Shown here: positions 1 through 9,566 of the stretch, piece by piece
Position numbering within the stretch: the stretch's first letter is position 1
Layout of the letters: each line of letters opens with the position of its first letter
From: a virus
Lineage: Duplodnaviria; Heunggongvirae; Uroviricota; Caudoviricetes
IMG/VR virus record: IMGVR_UViG_2648501186_000011
Location: 1-19,270 of that record
Reading direction: 5' to 3' (one strand)
DNA length: 19,270 nucleotides
Notes under the pieces: generated by a model
The model's input: the letters and a program-made list of their open reading frames with translations, nothing else
What the model was told of the DNA's origin: nothing
Databases searched by the model: none
Translations under genes and position numbers: made by a program

Positions 1-960
1 TCCACCAGACGCATAACGGAAAGTAAATCCGCGACCGTGCGCTTTGCCGGCAGAATGAGGAACGTTAAGAGTTAGATCCATGAGTCCATCTTGACCATTG
101 GTACGGAAAGCACCAAAGTAGTTAAGATCTCTCGCTGTCTGGTCTTCCAAATAGTTAGCTGTTTTGGTTAACAGATACCCACCATGCTTAGTATTGGTAT
201 TCTTCTTGATGTAAGCAGCATCGGCACTACCTTCAATAGAATCAATTCGCTGATTAGCTGCGGCAATTGCGGCATCAGTAGAAGATTTATTCTGGTCTAC
301 CTTGTTGTTAATTGCTGTATGGTTGCTATTAACTGTCCCCGTAAGATTGGTGATCTTCGTGTCGGCATCGCGTTTATTATTTGCTACGGTCGTTTCTATG
401 GATGATTTATTTGCTGCGATAGTATTCGTTAAGTTAGTAACGTTGGTATTAGTCTGATCAACTCGTGCATTAATATCTGTCTTGTTCTTGTTAATTGTTG
501 CGTTGATAGTATCGCGGGTTGAAGTAATAGTCTGATTCAGTTCAGTCTTAGCAGCCGCCAGAGCGTTAGCCGCTTCGGTTTTATTGTTACCTACTGTGGT
601 AGTCAAAGCATCAATTCGTTTGTTGGCTGCGGTGTCGCCAGCAGTGATTGAAGCATTGAGAGCATCACGGGTAGAAGTGATAGTCTGATTCAGTTCAGCT
701 TTAGCACTAGCCAGATTATTAGCGGCTTCTTGTTTGTTGGAAGCAATAACACGGTCAGTGCTAGTTTTGTTATTGTCTACTTTCGTATTCAGTTCAGCGT
801 GTTTTTCTGGAGAAACACTAATTTGGACTACGTTATTATTTTTGTCTTTGGTGTAAATCACATGATCCGCCAACTGTAAGGCGATCTCACCCTGTGATAA
901 TTGTTCCGGCGTTGGTTTTTTACCAGCCGTTTGTGTGCGTTTAAATTGGATCGACTGCAT
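1..960 (-). CDS. Tail-fibre-like protein, N-terminal 320 codons (3' end runs off the window)
   Basis: Absent from the ORF track because there is no stop inside the window. Manual minus-strand translation from ATG (plus 958-960) stays open for 320 codons to base 1: MQSIQFKRTQTAGKKPTPEQLSQGEIALQLADHVIYTKDKNNNVVQISVSPEKHAELNTK... SD AGGTGA 4 nt upstream. The N-terminus resembles the conserved start of many phage tail-fibre proteins; the body is Asn/Thr/Ala-rich and repetitive. Confidence 0.6.
   Translation of the reverse strand, partial: MQSIQFKRTQTAGKKPTPEQLSQGEIALQLADHVIYTKDKNNNVVQISVSPEKHAELNTKVDNNKTSTDRVIASNKQEAANNLASAKAELNQTITSTRDALNASITAGDTAANKRIDALTTTVGNNKTEAANALAAAKTELNQTITSTRDTINATINKNKTDINARVDQTNTNVTNLTNTIAANKSSIETTVANNKRDADTKITNLTGTVNSNHTAINNKVDQNKSSTDAAIAAANQRIDSIEGSADAAYIKKNTNTKHGGYLLTKTANYLEDQTARDLNYFGAFRTNGQDGLMDLTLNVPHSAGKAHGRGFTFRYASGG
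511..740. repeat. Imperfect ~152-bp tandem repeat inside the tail-fibre gene
   Basis: Plus 511-590 and 663-740 align at roughly 80% identity by eye (shared core tagtctgattcagttcag). In the protein this gives two copies of AKxELNQTITSTRDxxNAxI about 51 residues apart. Confidence 0.7.
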
Positions 961-974
961 CGAATCACCTCACT

Positions 975-1007
975 ATAAAACAGGAATAAGGGAGGCGTTA
1001 ACCTCCC
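975..1007 (-). terminator. Intrinsic terminator-like hairpin between the 277-aa gene and the fibre gene
   Basis: Palindrome GGGAGG-cgttaa-CCTCCC (plus 990-1007); on the minus-strand RNA it is followed by UUAUUCCUGUUUUAU. Confidence 0.5.
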
Positions 1008-1039
1008 AACGTTCATGTTTTATTTAGGTAGGAGAATCC

Positions 1040-1873
1040 TTAGTAATAACCGAAATCGATCCGGTCATGAATCGAAACTACTTCGAGTTCAGCGGCAGTA
1101 GGTTTCTCATTGGTGGAATATACCTTGATCCATTCAGAACGACCGTTTTCCTGAATATTTCGGACACGTAAACGCGGTGCGCCAGAAGTATTACAGGTTA
1201 ATTGCCATGCGCCATGCTCATTAGCTTGAAGGTGAATTAATGATGTATCAGCACCATAAGGGTTAGTGCTAGCCGTTCCTTTGTAGGTTACGAAGCGGTT
1301 TCCTGCTAATGCCTCGCTATCAATACCGCCCGTGAATGGATGTACACCAGCACCGATTCCAAAATCACCCTGACGTAAGATCTTACCTTCGGTAGCAATA
1401 CCCCTTGCCAGAATCCCGCCATCTGGTTCAAGTTTAAATTCCAGTGTTACCGCTTTGTTATCACTACCACGGGTTTTATGTGATGTGACGTAAGCATCGA
1501 ATATACAAAAGTACCCTGTGTTAGCAGCACTATAGCCAGAGTTCACAACATAGAACATACGGAAGCGTAAAGGTGTTTTATCCTCTACCGCTTTCATCAA
1601 CATTGCTTGATGTTCATCGTCAAGAACACGGTTTAATGTGAGTGTCGTCGGTTCCAGTCTACGATAACCAGCAAGTTTCCCCGTAGCGTCCTGATCGTAC
1701 TCTTCCAGAGTTTCTATCTCTGTGGATTCTGTTAACGTAGGGAATGTGGCGATGTTCTCAATAGAACTAAAGCTGGGATCGAAAAAGTCGACCTGATTGG
1801 TAAGCTGATCAGAGATTGAAATCTCTACATGGCTTCCAGTAAAAATATCTAAGTTATCATGCGTAATATTCAT
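1040..1873 (-). CDS. Hypothetical virion structural protein (277 aa), possibly a tail component
   Basis: ORF track; SD AAGGGG 5 nt upstream of the ATG (minus strand). Lies in the structural block between capsid and fibre genes. No family recognised by eye. Confidence 0.6.
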   Translation of the reverse strand: MNITHDNLDIFTGSHVEISISDQLTNQVDFFDPSFSSIENIATFPTLTESTEIETLEEYDQDATGKLAGYRRLEPTTLTLNRVLDDEHQAMLMKAVEDKTPLRFRMFYVVNSGYSAANTGYFCIFDAYVTSHKTRGSDNKAVTLEFKLEPDGGILARGIATEGKILRQGDFGIGAGVHPFTGGIDSEALAGNRFVTYKGTASTNPYGADTSLIHLQANEHGAWQLTCNTSGAPRLRVRNIQENGRSEWIKVYSTNEKPTAAELEVVSIHDRIDFGYY

Positions 1874-1882
1874 TATTACCCC

Positions 1883-2305
1883 TTAAAAACGCGCTTGATA
1901 GTCAATTTTTAATGTTAGAGTTGCGACTACATAACCATCGCTAGAATCATCTTCCCATGCTGTTTTACTTGCTACGGGGTTAATATCCATGATGCGAATA
2001 CCAGTTTCGATCAATCTAGGGTTGGTTGCGTCAATTTTAATTAGATCATAAACGGCTTTATGAACGGCTGTTTCACCGCGACTAGAGAAGACCTGAAATT
2101 CGATATTCAACGAGGATAATTGACCGTTACCACTACCACGAATAGGGGTAAATGTTTCATCCATTTCTACGATCCATACAGTAGCGTCTGTATCGCTCGA
2201 TAGCTTCGCGTGTTCAGCATTAAGGTCTAATCCTAGCTGGTCGGTAATAATATCCATAAAAGCGCGTTTAAGAGCTAATCGAGGCATATTATTCATACTT
2301 GCCAT
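1883..2305 (-). CDS. Hypothetical structural protein (140 aa)
   Basis: ORF track; SD AGGGGG 5 nt upstream of ATG at 2305. Overlaps the upstream gene by 17 nt, suggesting translational coupling. Function not recognised. Confidence 0.6.
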   Translation of the reverse strand: MASMNNMPRLALKRAFMDIITDQLGLDLNAEHAKLSSDTDATVWIVEMDETFTPIRGSGNGQLSSLNIEFQVFSSRGETAVHKAVYDLIKIDATNPRLIETGIRIMDINPVASKTAWEDDSSDGYVVATLTLKIDYQARF

Positions 2306-2579
2306 GTTTACCCCCTACTACAGTAATATAGGCTTCAATAAGGCCGGATCTGTCATCTTTAATATAATTAACCTTATTACGCACACCTTCGATAATGACA
2401 ATATCACCGGACTTTAGATCACCTCGTGCACAAATCAGATATTCACTTTCAGTAACACCACCATCCGGTGTATCAATATGATTAAACTCGTGATGTGCTT
2501 TGATGATTTTCCCGTCTGATTTTTGAAATTCTTCTGCAAATTTTAAAGCCCTGCGAATCTGGCTATCAGTTAATTTCAT
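2289..2579 (-). CDS. Hypothetical small structural protein (96 aa; start refined from the ORF-track 2624)
   Basis: The ORF-track start at 2624 has no SD and lies inside the terminator hairpin. The internal ATG at 2577-2579 (MKLTDSQIRR...) is preceded by AGGGGG with a 5-nt spacer. Confidence 0.55.
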   Translation of the reverse strand: MKLTDSQIRRALKFAEEFQKSDGKIIKAHHEFNHIDTPDGGVTESEYLICARGDLKSGDIVIIEGVRNKVNYIKDDRSGLIEAYITVVGGKHGKYE

Positions 2580-2609
2580 GAGTACCCCCTTTATGGAGTA
2601 TTTACATAC

Positions 2610-2635
2610 AAAAAAGCCCCGCACTAGGCAGGGCT
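2610..2635 (-). terminator. Intrinsic terminator downstream of the capsid gene
   Basis: Minus-strand RNA: AGCCCUGC-CUAGU-GCGGGGCU followed by UUUUUU (8-bp stem with one G.U). Sits about 110 nt after the 684-aa ORF stop, a typical place for a terminator after a highly expressed capsid gene. Confidence 0.65.
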
Positions 2636-2742
2636 AATTATCATTCTTTAGGCTTGCGGCCTCGTTTTGCTGTGGCTTTCGCCTTAACCGTCTGGGGTTC
2701 TTCCCCCAAATCGGGGGAAGGAATAGAAGGTTCTACAGGAGT

Positions 2743-4797
2743 TCATTCACCTTTTTTCTGAACTACGGTCAGTGCGCTATGGTCCATAACAGCCCAATCA
2801 AGGTCAGCCCATACGCGGAAGTACAGGTTGCCAGCCGCGCGACCTGTGGTATCGTCGCAATCCAGTTCCAGCGATCCGAAGTCTGCAATAACAAGGGAGC
2901 TAAAGTCACCAAACAGCATGGTATCCTGAGCAACTACACCAGAGCCATAGATCGGACGGTTAACCAGCTTGTCACCTTCTACCAGGAAGCCCGGAACGTT
3001 AGCAGCTTTGAGTTGCGCTGCCAGTTCAGCTTTAACAACACCACGGGTAGCAAATGCCAGATCCGCTTCGTTATAACCTTTATCGGTCAGTTCAGCTACC
3101 AGTTTCAGGAACTCGGCATAAGTCCAATCAATCTGTTTAACTTTGCCAGCATCGGTCAGCATCTTAGTCAGGCCATCACGAGCGTTAGTGTTAGCAGCAT
3201 TGGACAGAATCGCTTTTTCCAGAGCGATAGCACTATGTTTCAGCATGTGCTCACCAACGATAGCACCGATGTTAGGCAGAGTGATAGCGGCCTGGCGAGT
3301 TACAGGAACAATTCCATTGAATGTCTTAAGAGTCATCGGCTGTGCTGCAAACTTGATAGTACCTTCACCAGCGGATTGGCCTTCTGCAACAAAACCGAAG
3401 TTTTCCAGATTGCTAGAAGTCAGAGACGGCAGAGAAACAGGACCAGTTGCGTTAATGGTACGAGCGCCCAATTTACCCAGAATCGAGCGTTCCATGATCA
3501 TATCAACGAAGCAATCATGGCGGATTTCTTCACCAACTACTGGTTTCAGGGATTCCATGTTCTGACCAGCACGCAGAGCAGACGCCGGAATGAATACGGA
3601 GTTAGAACGCTGTGCGCGACCACGCGCTGCGGCTTTACGTGCTTCTTCCTGAGAATATTCAGCTTCTGCGCCAGTCAGGGCTTTACCCTCTGCGATTGCA
3701 CGCACAGCCTTATTAAGATCGAAACGGGATTCCAGAGTTTTAATGGTATCGGTCATGGTAATTTTTCCTTTAACAAAAGTTTTAGATTCGGTAGTATTTA
3801 GTGCGCGTGCTTTTTCTTTAAAATTTTCAATAGTCACGGCACTATCTTTAATTGCAGCTTCAATTACGTCTTCGGAGATATTTAGATGTTTTCCGATAGC
3901 ACGAATTTCGGCGGTATCTTCGCGAGAACGTTCAAACGGTTTTTCGTCGTCTTCAATCTTTTCTTCTTCGACTGGTTCGGATGTATTTTCCGTTTCGTCG
4001 TTCTCGTCTGTATCTTTATTTAGTTCTTCTGTTTCTTCCGGTTCATCTTCGGAACGTTCTTCTTTTTCTTCTGGCGTTACTTCTTGCGGTTCTTCCACAT
4101 CTTCGCCACTGTCAGCACTATTTCCAGAATCGGAATCAATTTCTTCATTTTCTTGTTCCTCTTTCTCTTCTTCGGAACGTTTTTCTTCATCTTCCGGTTT
4201 AATTTCTTCGACCGGAGTATCTTTAATTTCGTCTTCCACTTGTTCACCCTCCAAAACAATCATTTCGTTGTCTGTATTTAGAGAGCGTCCAACACCCGCA
4301 TTAAATGGATCTGCGGCACACGTTACAAGACTGCATTCGAAAGGTTGCCAGCGTGTAACATAATAGATCCCTTTGTTAAAATCGGCTTTGCCATCAAGAA
4401 CGTTATAACCGACGCTAACTTGTGAAAGTGTTCCCTCTTTTACCTTCTCAAAGCATTCATTAGCCAGTTGGCCTACTTTGGAGAATTGGACAAGGCAACG
4501 ACCTATACGGTCTTCGTCAATACGAGCGGAGCCAGGAACAATCTTACCGATATGAAGATCCAGATTGTGATTAAACAGAAGACTTGCGTTAGTCTCGTTT
4601 AAAACGGATAGATCAACCGCTGATTCATCGTGTACGAGAATCTCTTTTAATTCGACTTGCTCGCCGTCCTGATTCATGTAATAACGTGTATAAGGAGCCT
4701 CGCTTGAGAAAGCCAATTCAATAATTCGTTCGTCTTTTTCTTCGATAAAATCAGGGGTATCTACCGCAACACTACGACGGAATTGTTTTGTTGTCAT
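2743..4797 (-). CDS. Prohead protease / acidic linker / major capsid protein (HK97 fold) fusion, 684 aa
   Basis: N-terminal ~175 aa carry motifs I associate with HK97-type prohead proteases (LLFNHNLDLHIGK, VSVGY, ECSLVTCAADPFNAG). Residues ~185-300 are extremely Glu/Asp-rich low complexity. The C-terminal ~320 aa look like an HK97-fold capsid domain and the gene sits where a capsid gene belongs, after the portal. SD AAGGTG 4 nt upstream. Confidence 0.7.
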   Translation of the reverse strand: MTTKQFRRSVAVDTPDFIEEKDERIIELAFSSEAPYTRYYMNQDGEQVELKEILVHDESAVDLSVLNETNASLLFNHNLDLHIGKIVPGSARIDEDRIGRCLVQFSKVGQLANECFEKVKEGTLSQVSVGYNVLDGKADFNKGIYYVTRWQPFECSLVTCAADPFNAGVGRSLNTDNEMIVLEGEQVEDEIKDTPVEEIKPEDEEKRSEEEKEEQENEEIDSDSGNSADSGEDVEEPQEVTPEEKEERSEDEPEETEELNKDTDENDETENTSEPVEEEKIEDDEKPFERSREDTAEIRAIGKHLNISEDVIEAAIKDSAVTIENFKEKARALNTTESKTFVKGKITMTDTIKTLESRFDLNKAVRAIAEGKALTGAEAEYSQEEARKAAARGRAQRSNSVFIPASALRAGQNMESLKPVVGEEIRHDCFVDMIMERSILGKLGARTINATGPVSLPSLTSSNLENFGFVAEGQSAGEGTIKFAAQPMTLKTFNGIVPVTRQAAITLPNIGAIVGEHMLKHSAIALEKAILSNAANTNARDGLTKMLTDAGKVKQIDWTYAEFLKLVAELTDKGYNEADLAFATRGVVKAELAAQLKAANVPGFLVEGDKLVNRPIYGSGVVAQDTMLFGDFSSLVIADFGSLELDCDDTTGRAAGNLYFRVWADLDWAVMDHSALTVVQKKGE

Positions 4798-4817
4798 AGA
4801 TCACCTTGAAAATTATT

Positions 4818-4834
4818 GGGGGCATTGCGCCCCC
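4818..4834 (-). other. Perfect hairpin between portal and capsid genes
   Basis: GGGGGC-attgc-GCCCCC palindrome in the 43-bp gap, immediately upstream of the capsid-gene SD. No U-tract, so a processing or stability element is more likely than a terminator. Confidence 0.4.
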
Positions 4835-4840
4835 GTTGGG

Positions 4841-6364
4841 TTATTCATTTTGAGTATAAGGCGATTTTTCTTTTTCAGTTTCACCCTCACTCACGACGCA
4901 TGTATTTAGCATGTGTTTTTCAGATTCAATTTGTTTGAAAGTCTGAGCAACGTCATAACCCATTTCAGTGATAATCTGAGATTTGGATTTTAAGCCATTT
5001 TCTAACATCATTATTTCGGCTGAGATATCTTTCACCGGATCAACAGACTCAACTTTCGGCCTACTTACCGAAGTAACATCAATAATTGATTCGATCTGAG
5101 TCATTCGAATATTGAGTTTCGAATTAATCACCGCATGTTCAAGGAATGCTTGGAATAACGGTAGAATAACGGTATCAATTAAGCGATCTTGATGCGCTTT
5201 GAAGCGGTTCTTTTCCATTAATGAGCCAAATCTCGCTGCGGAGAAATTCACTGAGCTAGTATCACCAGTCAATGCGGTTTTATAGCTGGAGAGACCCATA
5301 CTAATGGACGTTAGCATTGCCTCGTTAAACGTTTCGAAGTCATCGCCGCCTTGTGTGCTTTGCACCGTCTTAATATCTTGCCCCGGTTCCAAAACGTTAA
5401 TAGTACCCGGTTCGAAATCGGTGATCATCGTCGGCGGTTGATAGTTTTCCGGTTCTTCTTCACCAACATCAAAGGAGTCTTGATTTTCTTTTTCGCTTGT
5501 GATAAACGCCATGCTACTTGCGTGCACGCGTTTGCCAATGATTACGGTTTCGCGGAATGCTTCAAGGTGAGCTATATCTTTGATTATTGGCAGAAAATCC
5601 GTACATCCGCGTAAGGCTTCGGCTGTGCTGGGGATAAAGTAATGCAGCACTCGTTCCGCTGGGATTCGTACACGTTCACCGATGAAGGATTGAGTAAACA
5701 GATCGCGCCGTCTAAACCAGTATGCAACAGGTTTTTCATCTTCGTACTCGATACCAGCATAAACGACATTACCGTTATCTAGAGTACGCTGGTCCGCCCA
5801 ATCAACATGATCCGCGCCATAGATGGACACTTGCAGATCTTTACCATCTTCATGGAGTACCAGAAACGCATCACCGCCCATCACACGCTCTTTTTCCATC
5901 AGCTTTAAGCACTCAAGGAAGTTAATCTTTCCGTTGCGTGAGAATCGTTTCTGAGAGCTAGCCCAACGCCAGAAAGCATTCTCGATTGCTGTGTTAGTGG
6001 TTGCGTCCAGCTTTTCCCCTTTCATAACGAAGGTTCGAGGCTGTAAACCAGTACCTACCACGGAATCGATGACATGTTGGCAATAACGGGAGCCGATAGA
6101 AGTGTTTAACGCAAGGTGTCGCCCTTGATTGTATAAACGTGATGCAGATCCCTTGATCGCGGCGTTAATGCTGCCAGTGATAACCTGACGCGCTGTGCTG
6201 CCTTCAATGCGATCTGATTCAACCAATCCTAATGATCGTTGATGTAGAGCCTTCGTAAATTGTTCAATCTTACGATCTACGAATAATTTGCGGTGCTGGC
6301 GAATACCGATTTTCTTAACCGGATTCACTGGCAATTCTTTTTTACGTTTGAAAAAATTAAACAT
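4841..6364 (-). CDS. Portal protein (lambda gpB-like position and size), 507 aa
   Basis: Size and position between the terminase large subunit and the capsid gene match a lambda-type portal. SD AAGGA 6 nt upstream. Family called from context, not from a motif I can pinpoint. Confidence 0.6.
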   Translation of the reverse strand: MFNFFKRKKELPVNPVKKIGIRQHRKLFVDRKIEQFTKALHQRSLGLVESDRIEGSTARQVITGSINAAIKGSASRLYNQGRHLALNTSIGSRYCQHVIDSVVGTGLQPRTFVMKGEKLDATTNTAIENAFWRWASSQKRFSRNGKINFLECLKLMEKERVMGGDAFLVLHEDGKDLQVSIYGADHVDWADQRTLDNGNVVYAGIEYEDEKPVAYWFRRRDLFTQSFIGERVRIPAERVLHYFIPSTAEALRGCTDFLPIIKDIAHLEAFRETVIIGKRVHASSMAFITSEKENQDSFDVGEEEPENYQPPTMITDFEPGTINVLEPGQDIKTVQSTQGGDDFETFNEAMLTSISMGLSSYKTALTGDTSSVNFSAARFGSLMEKNRFKAHQDRLIDTVILPLFQAFLEHAVINSKLNIRMTQIESIIDVTSVSRPKVESVDPVKDISAEIMMLENGLKSKSQIITEMGYDVAQTFKQIESEKHMLNTCVVSEGETEKEKSPYTQNE

Positions 6365-6373
6365 TTTAAATCC

Positions 6374-6871
6374 TTATCGAGTTAAGCGTACTTTAATCGG
6401 TGTGATCGGTGAGTAATTCCCAGCTTTGCGGCGTTCTTGCTGAATCAGTTTTACGAGTTGTTTTTCGTAATCCTTTTTCAGTTGCTGCAATACCGCAAGG
6501 GATTCATAGGCGAAAGAATTGCCTTTGATCGTGAGAGAACTCAACGCGCTTTCATCATTGTCTAGACGTGCAAAAATAACTTGTTCGATTAAAGAAATGG
6601 TATTTCGAAGATATTCTTTCTTTGTTTCTTTAACGAAGACTGGCAATACGGTTAATTCCTGCATGGATACCAGTTCTTCATCAAGAGTAATAACAATGGT
6701 CATCTTCCCTTCTGGAAAGTCTAACGTTTTAATCTCGTGATTTTCCGGTGCATCATCGACCTGATAGACAATGCCTTTGCTATTACCTACCTGAATGGTT
6801 ACACCCTCTTCATTCGCCAGCGTGATTTTTTCGCCTTTACGAATTACTAAGGGAATTAGTTCTAAACTCAT
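6374..6871 (-). CDS. Hypothetical protein (165 aa) in the lambda gpW position
   Basis: ORF track; SD AAGGGG 5 nt upstream. Lies between terminase and portal where lambda has gpW, but is much longer; no confident similarity. Confidence 0.55.
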   Translation of the reverse strand: MSLELIPLVIRKGEKITLANEEGVTIQVGNSKGIVYQVDDAPENHEIKTLDFPEGKMTIVITLDEELVSMQELTVLPVFVKETKKEYLRNTISLIEQVIFARLDNDESALSSLTIKGNSFAYESLAVLQQLKKDYEKQLVKLIQQERRKAGNYSPITPIKVRLTR

Positions 6872-6920
6872 AATTACCCCTTATTTAATTGTTATTGGAT
6901 TAACAATATTTAGGAGTAAA

Positions 6921-6940
6921 GCCGCCCCGCAGGACGGCAT
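6921..6940 (-). other. Hairpin immediately after the terminase large subunit stop
   Basis: Minus-strand RNA GCCGUCC-UGCG-GGGCGGC (7-bp stem with one G.U) followed by UUUACUCCU. The GCCCCGCAGG core recurs at 12944-12959. Confidence 0.4.
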
Positions 6941-6944
6941 GTGA

Positions 6945-8870
6945 TTAGAAGTTATTAACCCAGCTATTACGACGCACAGGACGCGCCATAGGACGACGAT
7001 TAGGCTTATTGTGAGGGATTGGCTTAGTTTCCTGTTTTTGCTCGTCAGAATGCGATTTAGGAGCTTCTACGGCGGTTTCTGTTTCACGGTTCAGCTTTTC
7101 TTTCAGTGCAATGAGTTTATCCCATGACATTTTTGAAAGAACATAGCGAGAAGCAGCCAGACAATACACAAAACAGTCGAGGCATTCGTTCCTCTGCGAT
7201 CCGGGATTTTTCACCCAACGTGTTCCGGTAGCGGTGCGCTTGATGGACTCACTAAGAAGCTGATCGAGATAGTCATCAGGAACGGTGTGTGATATCTCTA
7301 AGCCAATATGCGGATTATCCTTCAAGTTGCGTGTTAATAGCTCACGAACAGCGGTTTTACCGACGTTTACACCCAACATAAGCAATTCGTGACCACCCGT
7401 GGTAGTTGGCTTAACCGGAATCAGTGGAGCGTTACCGGAGGAACTCCCTTTAATGGCATGAAGATTTTTCCATTTGGTGCAAATGCGGTAGCCAGCTTGT
7501 GTAAATTTACCGTTCGAAGTATCAAGGAAACTAGCCAGAACAGGAACACGCTGGCCTGATACCGTGGTAAACCTGCTTTTCTGGAAGTTGATTAGCTTAT
7601 CCCATACAGGTGATTCGTATCTCTCACAGTTATAATCTCGGAAGACACGGTGATCGAGGATGTAAATCTTATCTTTCGCGATGCCTAGCATAGTTGACTC
7701 GACGCGATCCAACTGCTGGTCCACGCCAAATGTGGCGAAAATAACATCATCTGGGATATTTTCTACACAAACTTCGGTTTTCAGTTGTTCCAGTTCGTTG
7801 ACTTCTACCGCTGTTTCTGCGTCATCGTACACAGTGCCGAGAACTGTATTGTAAAAACTTTGTAAATCAAAGGTTTGCCACGCTTGCGAGAAGTCAGAAA
7901 CACATGATTTGATAGAGCTAAAAGGTGAATACAGACGGCTGATCCAGAATCCTGCTACATCACTTTCACGGGTAGCTCTCCATTCTCCTTGTGCAACCGC
8001 TCTAATGCGATCCCCTTCTGACCAATCACTCTGGCAATGAGGGCAAACATAACGGGCGCTTTCAACACATGGCAGATTGCGACCATCCTGATTTTTCCAC
8101 TCGAACTTAACATTTTCCCACTCGATCACCTGGTGTTTCCCGCAATGCGGACAAGGAACAAAGAATTTACGCTGATCACTTGATAACCATTGTTGATTAA
8201 TCGGTCCCAGCTTAGTGGTCGGGGTACTGGAAACGATAATTCTTGCTTCATCCCCGAAAGTGGTTGCGCGGTTAGCCGCAAGTGCAATCGGATCGCCCTC
8301 TTCACTAGCACTGGCAGCATCACATTCATCAAGCAGAATCAACGGGCTGGTTTTTGAACGCAAGGTTGATGGGCTAGTAAGCGATACCATGTAAAGAAAA
8401 TGATTAGTCTTAAGCTGAATCTGGCTATTGTTATTAACAGCGTTGCGATCATTCTTGTCGGTGATTGCTTCGCGTAATGCCGGACATGCTTCAATGGCTG
8501 GTCGGATCTTCCCGCTTAGGTACTGAGCGGTTTCCTTCGTGGTTGCTTGGCCTATGATGATATTGCTGGGATCGTTAGCTATCTTATTGAATAATATACC
8601 ATTAAGGATGGAAGTTTTGCCGATCTGGGCACTTGTACAAAAAATGTACTTTTTCTTATTCTCTAAGAAAGGAGCATCAATCATGCCTTTCTGAAAGCTG
8701 GTTAATTTAATTTTAGCGCCAGCTTGTGGTCCATCCACTAGGATCATGTTTTCCTCGCACCATTCAGATGGTAAACGCTTAATTGGCGGTCGGATATGTT
8801 TTGATACTTCGTTAAAAATTCGCTTGAGTTTAAATTTATTTGAGAGTTTTTTCACCGTGATTATCCTCAT
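6945..8870 (-). CDS. Terminase large subunit, lambda gpA family (641 aa)
   Basis: Similar in length to lambda gpA as I recall it. Walker A-like [10 protein letters not shown], Walker B-like [11 protein letters not shown], a Cys pair [13 protein letters not shown], and a C-terminal [16 protein letters not shown] that resembles the lambda gpA C-terminus (from memory). No SD before the ATG, and an in-frame stop 18 nt upstream excludes a longer N-terminus. Confidence 0.85.
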   Translation of the reverse strand: MRIITVKKLSNKFKLKRIFNEVSKHIRPPIKRLPSEWCEENMILVDGPQAGAKIKLTSFQKGMIDAPFLENKKKYIFCTSAQIGKTSILNGILFNKIANDPSNIIIGQATTKETAQYLSGKIRPAIEACPALREAITDKNDRNAVNNNSQIQLKTNHFLYMVSLTSPSTLRSKTSPLILLDECDAASASEEGDPIALAANRATTFGDEARIIVSSTPTTKLGPINQQWLSSDQRKFFVPCPHCGKHQVIEWENVKFEWKNQDGRNLPCVESARYVCPHCQSDWSEGDRIRAVAQGEWRATRESDVAGFWISRLYSPFSSIKSCVSDFSQAWQTFDLQSFYNTVLGTVYDDAETAVEVNELEQLKTEVCVENIPDDVIFATFGVDQQLDRVESTMLGIAKDKIYILDHRVFRDYNCERYESPVWDKLINFQKSRFTTVSGQRVPVLASFLDTSNGKFTQAGYRICTKWKNLHAIKGSSSGNAPLIPVKPTTTGGHELLMLGVNVGKTAVRELLTRNLKDNPHIGLEISHTVPDDYLDQLLSESIKRTATGTRWVKNPGSQRNECLDCFVYCLAASRYVLSKMSWDKLIALKEKLNRETETAVEAPKSHSDEQKQETKPIPHNKPNRRPMARPVRRNSWVNNF

Positions 8871-8925
8871 ATCAACAATATGTTGTATTTAGATAAATAC
8901 GGGTATTAAGATTTAAGGGGGTTGT

Positions 8926-9531
8926 ATGCTAATTAATCAGCAACAAAGAGATGAATTAGAATTAGCATTTTCTTATTGTACCGGTCATGAATATCGTTTA
9001 CCAGTTAAGCACAAGCATTTAAAAACAGATATAACCACTTCTGGCTTTAGTCGTGATGAAGCGAAACAGATTTTAATCGAGTTGTATCGCGATCATGGGT
9101 ATACCGATATTCATAACTTCTTTAAGAAGCATCGCACATCACAGACAGAGTTCCAGAGAGTCCGTGAATGGTTTGATTTTGATATCAAGCGTTATTATCG
9201 AGTGGATGACGGTCCTATCTATCGGTTGCAGTGGACACCGATCAGGGAAGTGTTGAAACAGAAGAGATTGAATCATGCCATTACACGCTATCGTAACGAG
9301 GCTTTCAAGAAAGGCTATGGTGATACAAGGGAACTATTCGTTGAACTCGCTAACGTGAAATATAGCCACTATTACAACGATCCTACAGGGTTCTTCGAAG
9401 TGCTTCGCAAGGTTGATATTAGTCGGGGTACATATTATTCACGGCTGAGGAAGTACGGGATTAAGGCAGAGTTCTTTATGTCGGTTGACGACTCACCCAT
9501 GTTCAAGATAAAATCTAAGTCCTCTAAATAA
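8926..9531 (+). CDS. Hypothetical basic protein (201 aa) with C-terminal HTH-like motif
   Basis: ORF track; SD AAGGGGG 5 nt upstream. The C-terminal VDISRGTYYSRLRKYGIK resembles the recognition helix of the two small GRP-HTH proteins in this window. Confidence 0.6.
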   Translation: MLINQQQRDELELAFSYCTGHEYRLPVKHKHLKTDITTSGFSRDEAKQILIELYRDHGYTDIHNFFKKHRTSQTEFQRVREWFDFDIKRYYRVDDGPIYRLQWTPIREVLKQKRLNHAITRYRNEAFKKGYGDTRELFVELANVKYSHYYNDPTGFFEVLRKVDISRGTYYSRLRKYGIKAEFFMSVDDSPMFKIKSKSSK

Positions 9532-9566
9532 TATTGAGAAATCACTATTGTTTGGAGGAAACTACT

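Noticed and set aside
184-405. Plus-strand 73-aa ORF
   Set aside because: Antisense to the open tail-fibre reading frame; no SD; Cys/Ile-rich translation typical of a chance ORF.
511-740. Diversity-generating retroelement (variable/template repeat pair) in the tail fibre
   Set aside because: The two repeat copies differ at mixed positions rather than only at adenines, both are inside the coding region, and there is no reverse-transcriptase gene in the window.
2779-4363. Plus-strand ORFs 2779..3801, 3143..3565, 3743..4363, 3981..4202 and 4084..4281, and minus-strand 4077..4259
   Set aside because: All lie inside the 684-aa capsid fusion gene, antisense or in another frame, mostly across its low-complexity acidic region. 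Their translations are low-complexity (Ser/Phe/Leu- or Lys-rich) and they have no SD.
5351-5925. ORFs 5351..5614 (+), 5584..5769 (-) and 5722..5925 (+)
   Set aside because: Embedded in the portal gene on the opposite strand or a different frame, with no independent signals.
6519-6740. Plus-strand 73-aa ORF
   Set aside because: Antisense to the 165-aa gene; no SD.
8126-8332. Minus-strand 68-aa ORF
   Set aside because: Out-of-frame inside the terminase large subunit gene.
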